Source: Octopus sinensis
Taxonomy: Eukaryota
Direction: 5' to 3'
Assembly (NCBI RefSeq): GCF_006345805.1
Contig: NC_043014.1
Coordinates: 45,260,001-45,324,000 of the forward strand
Length of the DNA stretch: 64,000 nucleotides
Part shown: positions 39,235-51,689 of the stretch, one piece after another
How positions within the stretch are numbered: the stretch's first letter is position 1
How the letters are laid out: each line of letters opens with the position of its first letter
Notes under the pieces: model-generated
Databases searched by the model: none
What the model was told of the DNA's origin: nothing
Seen by the model: only the letters and a program-made list of their open reading frames with translations
Program-made: the position numbers and the translations under genes

Positions 39235-39755
39235 TTCTTTCAGTCATTAGACTTCAGCCATGCTGGGGCAACACTTTGAAGAAATTTTTAGTCAAATGAA
39301 TGGACCTCAGTACCTTTTTTTTTTAAAGCTGATACTTATTCTATCGGTCTCTTGTGCCAAACTGCTAAGTTACAGAGAAGTAAATACACAAACACTGGTT
39401 GCCAAGTGGTGGTGGTGGTGGTGGTGGGGGATAAAGACAGATACAGATACAAAGGCACACATAGACACACACACATATACTCATTATCATCATTTAACAT
39501 CTGTTGTTCATGCAGGCATGGGTTGGCCGGTGTGACCAGGGCTGGTAAGCTGGAAGGCTGAACCAGACTCCAGTCTGATTTGGCATGGTTTCTATGGCTA
39601 GATACCCTCATTAATACCAACTACTCCGAGAGCTTAATGGATCCTTTTATGTGCCATGGCTGCGATTTGACTTGGCTTGATGAGTTTTCATCTCAAGCAC
39701 GACATAATGCCAAGGTCTTGGTCATTCATCATGGCCTCCGTGAGGCCCAACACTC
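39235..39755 (-). mobile_element. Family C 3' part (~39235-39455) adjoined to a decayed family A copy (~39480-39755)
   Basis: tttcagtcattagacttcagccatgctgg...ctatcggtctcttgtgccaaactgctaagttac (family C) followed by catcatcatttaac...catgggttgg (family A). Confidence 0.7.
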
Positions 39756-39785
39756 AATATAAACATTATATATATATATATATAT

Positions 39786-39992
39786 GCAGATGCAGCACAG
39801 AATTTTGTCAGTGAACAGGTCGCGGTCTCAAAGCATGAAAATATTTTGACAAATTAAATTTAATTGTTGAAGTGAATCTAACAGATTTTGTGTATTTCTT
39901 AAATGGCTTATAAACACCTTCCACGCTGCAATTGTTTTTGTTCCAGCACACAATCTCAGGTCAGGTCACTTGCTATGCAAGTACATCTCCGT
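39786..39992 (+). mobile_element. Penelope-like fragment between (TA)n tracts with a variant hammerhead
   Basis: Complex island bounded by TA runs at ~39767-39785 and ~39993-40012; contains HH-3. PLE assignment is inferred. Confidence 0.5.
39804..39853 (+). ncRNA. Candidate variant type I hammerhead with G3-C8 core swap (HH-3)
   Basis: Stem I UUUGUCA/UGACAAA (7 bp), core GUGAACA, weakened stem II GGUCGC(ggucucaaa)GCAU, GAA, palindromic stem III AAUAUU, UUU triplet. Confidence 0.55.
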
Positions 39993-40014
39993 AATATATA
40001 TATATATATATAAA

Positions 40015-40145
40015 CGGCAAGCCTCTTTCAGTTTCTGCCTACCAAATCTACTTATGAAGCTTTGGTTAGGACGAGGCTATAGTAAAAGATACTTGCTAAA
40101 GGTGCCATGCAGTGGGACTGAACCAGTTGGGAAGCAAGCTTTTTA
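40015..40145 (-). mobile_element. SINE family C, partial
   Basis: gcctctttcagtttctgcctaccaaatc...ggtgccatgcagtgggactgaacc. Confidence 0.75.
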
Positions 40146-40404
40146 CTACAAAACCAAAAAAAGAAGGGGTTAATTTTGCAACTTAACTGACCATACTTTA
40201 AAAAAAACAAAAAAAACTCTGAGAGTTATTTCTGAATGTAAGGTTTTTAAAAAAAAAACACAAAAAGGGAGTTGATGAAAAGATTGCTTTGGTACTATTT
40301 ATAACTGTCATTTTTGTAAACTTGCATTAATTATAATATACTTGGCCATGTGAATCCAACTGTATCAGTTTGTTAAACAATGTTTATCACAGAAGGCTAC
40401 AATT

Positions 40405-40620
40405 AAAACAAGGGAGCTTCTACATGGTTCTTTGTTATGCAAGAAATAGCAGCTAAATCTCCCTCAATGTGCTATCATATTTTTTTTTTAAATGTGTGGT
40501 GGGGTGTACACAATGGATAACATAGTGCTAGATACACCTAGAAAGACGAGATGGTAATGGATGGAATGCTTTGGCGATAGTCTTACTTGATTAGGGTTGA
40601 CTTAGGTTGAAGAATAGCAA
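40405..40620 (+). mobile_element. Repeat family G
   Basis: caagggagcttctacatgg...agaaatagcagctaaatctccctca...gggttgacttagg; matches the other G copies. Confidence 0.7.
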
Positions 40621-41189
40621 CTAAAACATTTTTTGTTGATACTGGAGTCTGCTATCTGAATGACAGCAGACTCCAATGTCTGCTGTCTGAGTACACATAC
40701 ATTTGCCATTTGCATCCAAACCAGCCCACTGTCTACTTGTAAAGCTTTTCTCAAGGTCACAGTGAGGAGGGAGTGCAAGAACTAGCATACATTAACCCCA
40801 TTATTACTAACAAAACAAGTACAAGAGCTGATAAAAAAAAAAAAGGCCCAGGTCAAGTCGAACCACTGTCAGTCTTTGTGATGCATAACATCATCCATCA
40901 TCATGCGTATTTTTTACATTTGTACATATAAATTTTAGACATTTTTTTTCCATTAGACATTCTTAGGCAACCTCCCACTGCATCCCGCAATGCAAACAAA
41001 TATATATTATATTCCATTATGTCACATTATATATTATTTTATATATAATTTTATATCACATTACATTATATATATTTACTTTTTGTTTTCTTCAGACTAT
41101 TTATTTTACTGTTTTTAAGAATAATAGTGCTTTTAGAAAATTACTATTTTTGAATCTCACAACAAGAGATATTCAGCAACACTACTTTG

Positions 41190-41555
41190 GAGTAAAGATT
41201 GTTTGCCAACATAACATGGCAGTCCTGGTTTAGGACAAATGTTTTTATAATTTAGCCCCAGGAGAATCATCTCCAGCTGGCTATACGACACGATCTGTGT
41301 CCTTAAATTTTCAAACAAGGGAATCTAGCAACTCCCCCCCCCCACTCAGCTCAAAACAATATCTGTGTATTGTGATTTCCGATATTGTTTTGAGCTGAGG
41401 GGTGGGGGTGGGGGTGCTAGATTCCCTTGTTCGAAATATAAGGACACAGATCATGTCGTATAGCCAGCTGGAGACGATGTCACCTGGGGCTAAATTGCAG
41501 CAACATTCATCCTAAACCAGGACTGCCATGTTATATTGGCAAACAGTCTTTACTC
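41190..41555. mobile_element. Fold-back MITE (~174-bp inverted arms, 17-nt spacer)
   Basis: Arms 41190-41363 and 41381-41555 are diverged reverse complements (gagtaaagattgtttgccaa... / ...ttggcaaacagtctttactc); the right flank is TA. Confidence 0.85.
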
Positions 41556-42082
41556 TAATCGTTCTTTTACTTTAAAATCACCAAATGAGTATAAGACAAG
41601 AACATGCCAACTCTGGTTGGTTATATACTCAAACAATATATAAGACTGATTAGGGCTTCATGGCAGACATAATGCTCTTGAAAAACATGTAAAAGTTTAT
41701 TTTACTGTTCAGTAATTTATATATTTTACTGTGTTCTAAAATGATTTAATAATATTACTCATAATGATTTGATGCTATCACTGAGTAGACAATAGATGAA
41801 ACCATATCAACTCTTTGATTGATTTAGATTGCTACTAAACTTGACAGTCTTGATAGTCAATAGTCTAAGAAATAGCCTCTAGTTCAATATTATCTACCAA
41901 TGGCACAGTATCTAGCTGTAAAAACATACCAAAAAGGAAAAACAATTACTGAAGACATTGCATGATGGACAGAATCCTTTGGGTCTTCTCAGGAACAACC
42001 TCTCTAAAGCTAGTGTTGAGATGGAATGCAAGGTGTTAATGGAAGAATGAATGGAAATGTAGTTAATATATGTTATTCAATT

Positions 42083-42423
42083 ATTGTTGTATTTCGGAAT
42101 GGTCATTTTGCCAGTTTAGCCAATAAAAACACACGCACTATATATTTGGTGCTACTTTGCTTCAGCGTTATTTATTTTTTACATTAATCTTAATCTTATT
42201 TCGGCCAGAGTTCTTTCGTCAGACTCCTGTGACCGCATCAGTGGTCCTTTGTTTTCTTCTTACTTATTTGTGTCTCTCCTTACTAACCGTCAGAACTCTG
42301 GCCGAAATAAGATTAAGATTAATGTAAAAAATAAATAACACTGAAGCAAAGTAACACCAAATATATAGTGCGTCTGTTTTTATTGGCTAAACTGGCAAAA
42401 TGACCATTCCGAAATACAACAAT
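42083..42423. repeat. Fold-back element: 132-bp inverted arms with a 77-bp spacer
   Basis: 42083-42214 versus 42292-42423; I count 3 mismatches. Confidence 0.92.
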
Positions 42424-43668
42424 GTCTGTTTCAACATACGGCTTCACATAAAAAATCTTGCACAACAAATATATAAACGTTATTCAATTAATAATTCTTT
42501 AACCACTGAAATAAATTTATATAAACAAGACAGTAATGCCATTATGTATTAGATGTATGGAATTTAAATAACATTAGCTGAGAAACATGGAAAATAGAGA
42601 AAAGCTATCTATCATGATATGTATTTATCATAACATGTATTTACAAGACTCTTTTGTTAAAAAACGCCCCCACTCTCTCATATCTATCTATAGAGATTAA
42701 TATTAACCTATTTATCAAGTTAGAAGGCTAGAACTAAGGCTTGTAATTTAATATTAATATTTAATGTTACAAACTGAATGCAAAAGTGAGGGCAATATAC
42801 TCGGTGATATGTGTGTGTGTGTGTGCATGTGCATGTGTGTGTGTGCATGAGTGAGATGTGGAATTTACAAGCTGCAATGCAAGCTACTTATCTTGGAGGT
42901 AGTTACTTCAAATAAGAATGGATACAGAATAGAGGAGACACTGATTCTCCTTGCCTGGGACAAACTTTCTAGTGTTAGTCGAATGCTAAAATGCACCCAG
43001 TGCATGCTGTGAAATGGCTGGTGAATAAAAACAGGCAACCAGCCACAGAAAACATGCCAAAATAGAATGTAAATGAACATTGCAAGCCACATCACAAGTT
43101 ACATATACAGGAGGGCAAATGCAGAGAAGCTGGGATACTTATGTCCTCCCACAGGAGACAACTTCTCTGGTATTGTTGGTATGATAAAATGCACTTAGTC
43201 CGCACTATAATGATTACACAACCCCAGAATTGATCCACTTCTCATCGTCTCAAACCCATGCAAGTATTGGGGGGGGGCGAAAAACAAGAAGATGATAAAA
43301 GTGTTTGCAATGGAAACAATAAGGATGAAGATTTACTTTTCCAAACAATTTCCCCAGAATTATGAATATCAACTACAGAAACAGCAATCCAAATAATTTA
43401 TATTTAAAACAAGCTAAATTTTGATATTTATAAAGATTTTTTGAGTCATAAGTGCACATTAGAATATGCTGAAATATCTGCATAATAATGAGACACAAAG
43501 AAAATCCTAGTCATAGTGTAAAATAATATTAATATTTCAGTATTTCAGTTGTATGTGTGTGTACATAAATACACACACACACACACACACACAAATGTTC
43601 CACTCACTAAATTCAAATGAAATGTAGTTCATAACAGATGGCCATATATTTTAGTTTGTATGAGCTTA

Positions 43669-43898
43669 TAAACCCTTTGGTTACCCTATTTCTGTTTGAA
43701 TACACTGTTTTTCTTCAAATTAATTAAAAAAATAATGACCAATATAGTAAAATGATTTTGTCATTATTAAGCTGGTGCCTGAAACGTAAATTAACATGAA
43801 ATTTCAAAGGAAAGTTTTTGATTCAGATCACTTTATAACAGGAAGTCAGTACCATAGAATCAAGGGTGTCTTGGGGAGGGTGGTATCAAAAGGGTTAA
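43669..43898. mobile_element. piggyBac-type MITE (subfamily F3)
   Basis: Ends taaa-ccctttggttacc ... ggtatcaaaaggg-ttaa; length is similar to F1 and F2. Confidence 0.75.
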
Positions 43899-44504
43899 AC
43901 TAACATAGTATTTGATTCGGTTGATGGAATTTATAGTTACTTCCCTCCTCCAATAAATATAATATTTCTTTATTTTCTTTATTTTTGAAAAGCCCATGTT
44001 TACAAATTGGCTCCATTTTCAAAAAAAATACTTTGTCATCTAAACCATACTTCTACTATTTTCTAAAGCTCATATCAAGTTAAACATAAGGCCAACTGTA
44101 ATGAATCAATATATAATATAACATATTTTCAGTGTCTAATCACATCTTGAGTAATTCAATTGGGTGTGGCTTCTAGTTCATAATTAACTTTCCACACATA
44201 TTACCATGGTGTTTATGTCTGCTTCTTCCATGCTTGTATGAGTTGGATGAGAGTTAATGAAGCAATAATTTACAGCCTGTTGCTCTTCCTGTCGCCAACT
44301 CTTGTGTTTCAAGTAACATAATATAATTTTATTCAATTAGTCCTTGGCTACAAAAAAACTGCCAAAGCAAAGGACTATAAGACAGAAATAATGAGAAGAC
44401 ATAAGGAAAAACTCAGACATTTGTGCACATACTTACACAAATACATTGCATACATATGCCCATATATTTACATACATGTATATATGTATATAAATATGTA
44501 TATA

Positions 44505-44853
44505 TGATGGGCTTCTGCATAGTATGGTATTGGTTGGCATGAGGTTATAGTTGGAGACATTTGCCCACGTTATGAGATGGAACTCAAAACTACATGGTTG
44601 TAAAGCAAACTTTTTAACCACACAGACATATCTGCATATTTATATATATATATATATATATATGTTATATGCTGCTGCTACATAAAAGACACTCAGACCA
44701 CTCTGTAAGGTGGTTGGTGTTAGGAAGGGCATCCAGCTGTAAAAATCCTCCCAAAACAGTGAAGCCTGGTGCAGTCTCCTGCCTGGCCGGCCCCTGTCAA
44801 ACCATCCAAACCATGCCAGCATGGAAAACAGACATTACACAATGATGATGATG
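44505..44853. mobile_element. Decayed family C (minus, ~44505-44637) and family A (plus, ~44680-44853)
   Basis: tgatgggcttctgc...gacatttgccc...accacacag (C); ggttggtgttaggaagggcatccagctg...catggaaaacagac...gatgatgatg (A). Confidence 0.7.
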
Positions 44854-45265
44854 AATTAGGCCACTAAACATCTAGCTTCAAGTTCTTGTGTCATGCAACA
44901 ATGTTGGAGATAACTTCATTTATACCTAAATTCATGAGATATTATATAATTATATCTCAAAACTGATTGTCCCCCATCGATAAAAGCGGAACATTAATCC
45001 TAAAAAAAAAAACAAGGTTTTTCTATTATTTCATGCTCTCTGCATTTTGGTAGAATTCATAAATTTAACCACTGAATAGCATCATCACAAGAGTGTGCTG
45101 ACATCTAAGAGCAATTGACCAATCACAATTGCCATATTATCTGGTTGAACACCAAGATGTTATCTGCAAATAAGACACCTTAGAGAAAGCCACTCATGTA
45201 AATTATCATTTCTTCAACATACACAAATAAACAAACACACACTCATACGTACACACACACGCACG

Positions 45266-45302
<37 letters not shown>

Positions 45303-45916
45303 ACACAAATAAAAAACACGTTATTGCATTTAATCATGACAGGCGGAAACAATTAGTTCATTATGCAACAAAGCGGTTGAAATTTGATTCCAAAGAGATT
45401 GAAATTATCACCAAGACTGCAATGAAGTTGGGAGTTAATTTTCATGATGTAGAATCACTTATCACAGAGCCACCTGAAGAATGATCATTCCAGCCCACAA
45501 ACCCACAGGGAATATAAATTTGTATAATTAGAATAGCAGAAACTTATTCCGGTGTGTTACATACCTTTAATCTGAAGGTTTAAAGAAAAAAAACTTTAAA
45601 TAATATACACCATGGTCCAAAATTAAGTGAAACAAGAGAATCAGAAGTGTGAGGTGTTCAGAATATTAAGACAATGTACTAGAGAGAACTGAGATGTCAT
45701 ATGGAATGATAATGGCACTTGCTGACTCTGAAAATATGCATATTTTTAGCAAATGCCCTACAGCCTATATAGCCACAGGTATGACCATGTGGCTAAGAAG
45801 CAGATGGCTTGTAATTCATTTCCTCTGCATGTAAGCTATTGACTGGTGTCCTGTACCATAGCCATGGATTAACTAATATCTTGTGAGTGAAATTTGTTAG
45901 AAACTGGAAGAATCGT

Positions 45917-46845
45917 CGTCATCATCGTCATCATCATCGTCATCATTTAATGTCGATTTTCCATACTGGCATGGGTTGCATGATTTCATGGGAGTTGGCA
46001 AGCCAGAGGGTTACACCAGGCATCCTCACCTTCCCTTTTTCTCTCAGATTCAAATGTTTCTACCTTCTTCCACACACTCGATGATTATATGCACACACCA
46101 ACACCCCACATCCCCTACTAATCCACAGCACTATACTTCCATACTATACACCCCTGCACACATAACACAGACACCATAAAGTCACAAATACAACACTCCC
46201 TAACTTACGCCCTCTCAAAACACCCCCCTCCCTTTCATCCTTTCTTAACTCCCTTTCAAGGAACCACATTTCCATCTGGCCCCTAACCACTCACCCAGGT
46301 TTGTTTTCTCTCTCGCTCTCGTGTGTGTGTGTGCATGCGTACGTGCATGTGTGTGTGGCATCTGAGTGTAAAAATCATGCCAAACCAGATTGAAACCTGC
46401 AGCTCCCCAGCTTACCCGTTTTCAGTCAAACTGCCCAACCCATGCCAGCATGGAAAACACACATTCAATGATGATGATGATGAAGAAATATTATATACAT
46501 AATCATCATCATCATCATCATCATCATCGTTTAACGTCCGCTTTCCTTGCTAGCATGGGTTGGATGATTTTGACTGAGGGCTGGCAAACCAGATTGCTGC
46601 ACCAGGCTCCAATCTTGATCTGGCAGAGTTTCTACAGCTGGATGCCCTTCCTAATGCCAACCACTCCGCGAGTGTAGTGGGTGCTTTTTACGTGCCACCG
46701 GCATGGGGTCCAGTCAGGCAGTACTAGCAATGACCTCGCTTGAATCTTTTTACACGTGCCAGTGAAGCGACGTTGGTAACAATCACGCTCGAATGGTGCC
46801 CTTTTACATGCCACGGGTACGATCACACTTGGATGGTGCCCTTGT
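45917..46845. mobile_element. Cluster of family A pieces: ~45917-46025 (-), ~46360-46483 (+), ~46502-46845 (-)
   Basis: Each carries the ccatgcYagcatgg motif and a GAT/CAT tail; the last two lie tail-to-tail. Confidence 0.8.
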
Positions 46846-48024
46846 CACCCTAAATATATGCTAGCAACATCTTCAGCACCATCCAAAACATGTTAAGCAT
46901 TTTGTTCAGCCCTTCATAGTAAAATAGCATCTGCTGAACTATATCTCTAAAATATCTATACTGAATACAGTGTCAAGTCCTAACTGCTGGGGGTACAAAA
47001 GTTACATAAAGACAGTAAATAAAAACATGTCTAGATTTACCAGAAAACATAAAATCAAAATTTTTTTTTTAATTTTGAAATCAACCATGTAAAATATCAT
47101 TTCTTTGAAAACAAAAAAATTCTAATATTGATGCCTTTTGTAAGTTTCCAAACCAATCTATAATATTTACTTTGAATCAATGTGATCCCTGCTTACATAC
47201 ATATAATCCTTGTATTGCATCGAATGTCCATTCAATAACTTCGATTCAATCACTCAGAATTTAAAATAGCTTTAAAACAGATAATTTATCATCCAGAAAT
47301 CTATATTACTGCTAATGTAGAATTTATGTATTCTTCTCAAAGAGAACTTCCAAACAGAAAGTTTCTGAATTCTTGCTTTTTGTCTTTTAGAAATTAAAAA
47401 AAAAAAAATCCAATGCAATATATTTTAACTTAACTCTATGAAATTCCTTGTTTTGGGTAAGGTGTGCAAATGTATGTATGTATGTGTGTACACATATATA
47501 TGTGCATGTGAACAAACAAAATAAAGTAACACTGACCCTGATTTGATTGGACTTACATGTATTTAATTGCAGTTTGACTTAGCTCCATCTTAGTTTCATG
47601 GGCACAAAGGACACATCCACCTTGTCAGATATTCTTTCTCGAACAACTGACAAAATGGACATGTCCAATGAGCTGCAAACTTAATAAATGCATGTATGTA
47701 TATATCATCAATTATTGAATCAGTATATATAGTGATTCTATACCTATTTCATAGGGAAGACGAAAGGCAAAGTTGATTCAAACTGAAGTCAGTGAGATAG
47801 TTAACGAGGCAGCATCAATTATCTATGCTGACTTTCAGTAGCAATCACATCATCATAATCATTTTAATATCCACTTTTCCATGCTTGCACAAGTCAGATG
47901 AAGTTTCTTTAGAAGCAGATTTTCAACAGGCAGATGTCTTTCCTATCACCAATCTTCACCTGTTGCCAGATATGTTCTCACAGAATATTGGAAATGAAGA
48001 CAGACGCGCATGCACACACACTGG

Positions 48025-48205
48025 GCTCCTTTCAGTTTCCATCTACTAAATCCACTCACAAGAGTTTGGTTGGTCCAAGGCTAAAGTAGAAGACGCTTTT
48101 CCACACAGTGGCACAAAGTGTACAAGTTGCCATGCAGTGAAACTGAACCCCAGACCATGCGGTTAGGAAGTAAACTTCTTACTACACAGCCATACCTCCA
48201 CCTAT
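48025..48205 (-). mobile_element. SINE family C, 5' half
   Basis: ggctcctttcagtttccatctactaaatccactcacaag...actgaaccccagaccatg...cacagcc. Confidence 0.8.
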
Positions 48206-49337
48206 TAATCACCACAAAAATGATATTTTACTCAGGCACAAAGCCAACATCTATGAAAGCAATTGAGTAAGGATCTGACTCACTCCATATATCTTGGAAC
48301 TTATTTTACCAATCTCACAGGGTTCAAAGATAAATGTTGAATTTAGTCAGAACTGAACTCATAACCAAGAACAAAAGTACTTAATACTGCAATGTTAATT
48401 ATCCATCACCACTGCCACCACCATTATTATTGCCAATGCCACACCCATCGCAACTATACCCCCCCCCCACACACACACACATTACCATGATATCAGTTTT
48501 CCATACTGACATCAGTTGGACAAGTTGGCAATAGAACAACTCTCGATATGTCTTCATTTCACTCAGGAATCTCTAATGTTTTCAAACCTGATTTAATTCT
48601 ATCACAGAGAAGAATTTCAACTTCAGCTCGCAGAACACTTTTTGCCTATGTATCATTCACTTACATAACAAAAACATAACAGTGCAGTCATCTTCCTGTC
48701 ATACATCAGCTATTTCCTCAACTCCCTTGTGTTCGATCTCTAAGTTAACATTGCACAGAAATGAAAGTAAAAAAAAAAACATTCCTTTCTAATTGATCCA
48801 CATTTTCAACATTCAATCCTCATGTTTCACTACTATACAGCATCACAAGTCATTTCATATGTTTCATGTAGTCTGCCTTCCATATAACATAAATTGTATT
48901 ATAGTGCAAGAAACAAAAATAAGTGATACATAGTATACAAACTTTAGTGATTGCTGGCGTATTAGCATTTAATTATAACTTCTAATACAGTCTGCAGAGA
49001 GTTCAGTCATCTTATTCACTAAATTAAGACCAAATGGATTAACATATTGAACCCTTTAAGTTGTCATTTGTGAGTTCAATTTCATGAAGGAATGTATACA
49101 TTGGAAATTATTAAAAAATATATATGAATTTTTTACGTAATGAGATAAAAAAAACCCAAGGCTGTATAGATATTAGAGCATTTATAGATAGAAGATCTTA
49201 CAGCTGTTTCTAGAATATTAATTAATTAATAATATCCCTTCATCGGAAACGGTCTCAGAGGGAAAATTAAGTCATAGTTTTAGTTTCGATGTGAAACAAA
49301 TAGAGAGTGAGGTGGAGGAAAGAAAATAGATGTAAGA

Positions 49338-49508
49338 TCATCATCATCATCATCTGCATCATCATCATCATCGTTTAACGTCCGCTTTCCATGCTAGCAT
49401 GGGTTGGACGGTTCAACTGGGGTCTGGGAAGCCCGAAGGCTGCACCAGGCCAGTCAGATCTGGCAGTGTTTCTACAGCTGGATGCCCTTCCTAACGCCAA
49501 CCACTCAT
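49338..49508 (-). mobile_element. SINE family A, 5'-truncated
   Basis: Near-identical to the tail half of 6481-6731. Confidence 0.9.
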
Positions 49509-49619
49509 GTGGTTGGCGTTGTATGGTTATTGAGTTCATAAATCCATTTTATAGGCATAATGGTATTTATGTGTAATATTCCAATACATAAAAAGAAAAG
49601 AGATTAATCATCATCTTTT

Positions 49620-50105
49620 AATTGATATTGTTTAACCCCAGCGTCAGTACTGATTGAGCAGACTTATGACCAAAAGCATTTCAACTGTGTGACTATTACA
49701 TATTTTTCCTGATATAGTGTATGAAAGATTACCTGATTTATTGTGTTCCCAATAATTTTTATTGTTCAAAGTGGCTAACTTTTTAATTGTTGTTGCTGTT
49801 TAACCCCTGCTCAGCTTTGATCAGCAGAGCTATGATTAAAGGCATTCCAGCTATGACCATCCCATCTTTTATCCCATATACAGTGTTTCAAGGACTACCA
49901 GCTGAAACCGGCTCTGGCTCTGAGTACAAATGTCTTGTTTTCATAAGTTTTGAATTAAAATCCCCCACCAAACCTTAGTCACAATTCATGTTCCTAACAC
50001 TAGCAAAATGATAACTAAATTATTTTACTAAATTCTTTGTTATATTTAAAGTAATTGAAAGAAACATAGAGCATCTCAAAATAAATACAGTAGCGAAAGG
50101 GTTAA
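49620..50105. mobile_element. Two family G 3' pieces (~49620-49700, ~49790-49870, minus) followed by a left-truncated F1 MITE (~49898-50105)
   Basis: tttaacccc...gagcagacttatga..aaa.gcatt.cagct motifs; F1 body ending gtagcgaaaggg-ttaa. Confidence 0.75.
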
Positions 50106-50752
50106 TGTCCTATTTTTAAGATTGTAAAGTATTATGTGGTTGTTATCATCACGAATAGGAAGTTTTCATGTAAAGGCTTCATCATTATATATAAACTGTG
50201 GCAGTTAAATAAGTAGAGAGTATAAATCTAAGCATAAACATTCCCCACTTCAGACTCGAGTGTCTAAAACTGGAAATGATACCTAGTTGTAAAATATTTG
50301 CAACAATTTGTACACAATGGTTTAAATTTCAGAAATACAACCCATGTGAGGGCAAAGAAAGATTGGATAAGGTTCACTTAGGAAAACATCTTTTAAATAA
50401 TTTTAGAAATTCTCTAGAGATAAACGAAGGGGTAATTGCGTGAGGTCTGCATTAAAATATCAGGAAAGCTATTCTTATTCTATAATAAACTATTGTAAAC
50501 ATTATGTGTATTATTTAAATATTTGCAATGGATGGTAATACTGAACATTTATATGGATTTAATAGGTTTTTCTCTTAAGTAGCTTTTGAATAAGCATCTA
50601 ATTAAATTTATGAAATTTTCAAGCCATAACAACTTGTGTAACTAGTATTAACTAGTATTTTGTATCAAGTCATTTAAATTGACCACTACAAATTCAGACT
50701 GAAATTCAGTTATATGATCCAACAGAATACTACAAAGACATGCCTCAATATT

Positions 50753-50983
50753 TTAACCCTTTAGCATTCAGATTATTCTGTCAAATGTAATACATATTTA
50801 TTTACATTCTTTTGAGCTCATCAAAGGGTTATCTCATAGCTTCAAGATTTTGATGATGTGATTGTTTATTTTAAGACTGACATCGTCAGATATGTGTGAG
50901 GGGCTGGATCTGACCAGTCTGGGACATAAAGGAGGTAGAATATTTGGGTTGGATTTGGCTGGTTTAAATGCTTAAAGGGTTAA
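50753..50983. mobile_element. piggyBac-type MITE (F2), opposite orientation to 35395
   Basis: TTAA flanks, ccctttagcatt ... aatgcttaaaggg. Confidence 0.85.
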
Positions 50984-51642
50984 AGTTAATGCCATGTTTC
51001 TATGAATTATAAACACACAACATTAAATTCCATTTAATCCAAGATTATTTGTGCCACTGAAATCTCTCTGGTAACAAGTATGCTCCTTATTTAATTCAAA
51101 CAGACACACAGATACATTCTGCTATGCTTTACATATATCCACGTTAGCAAAATCCCAACAGTACTCAACCCAGTAGCTCATAGTACACTTGGGGCTATTT
51201 CCTGGAAAATACCAAATGAGCAAATAGTTTATAAACTCAAACGAGCAGTTGAATCTAACTCTTTAATCTTTCAAATTCCCTCTAAAATTCGCTACAATAA
51301 GATGTGATATCTTGCTTTCTTGGCGAATCCTATTAAATCTAAACCAGACTTGCATTGAAATAAAGAAACAAAATGAATGATAGGCAAGAACTCATAAGTT
51401 CATAACAAGAGAACTAGCATTAACTAAAAGCAGCTTGAAATATTATGAAAAAAAAAAAAAAAAAAAAAGAAAGAATATTCCTATTGAAACATAGCAAAAG
51501 TAAACTCTTCAAAAGTGAAAATGATCACCTCAGAAAAGAAAAGAAACAGAGGAAAAAAAATCAATGGTTGAAGGGAAGATAAGATGATTATTATATATGT
51601 GTGTGTGTATGTACGTATGCATGTATGTATGTATGTGTATAT

Positions 51643-51689
<47 letters not shown>

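Noticed and set aside
48600-48790. Small minus-strand exon candidates (EIEHKGVEEIAD and neighbours)
   Set aside because: Short, with ambiguous donors and no homology recognised.
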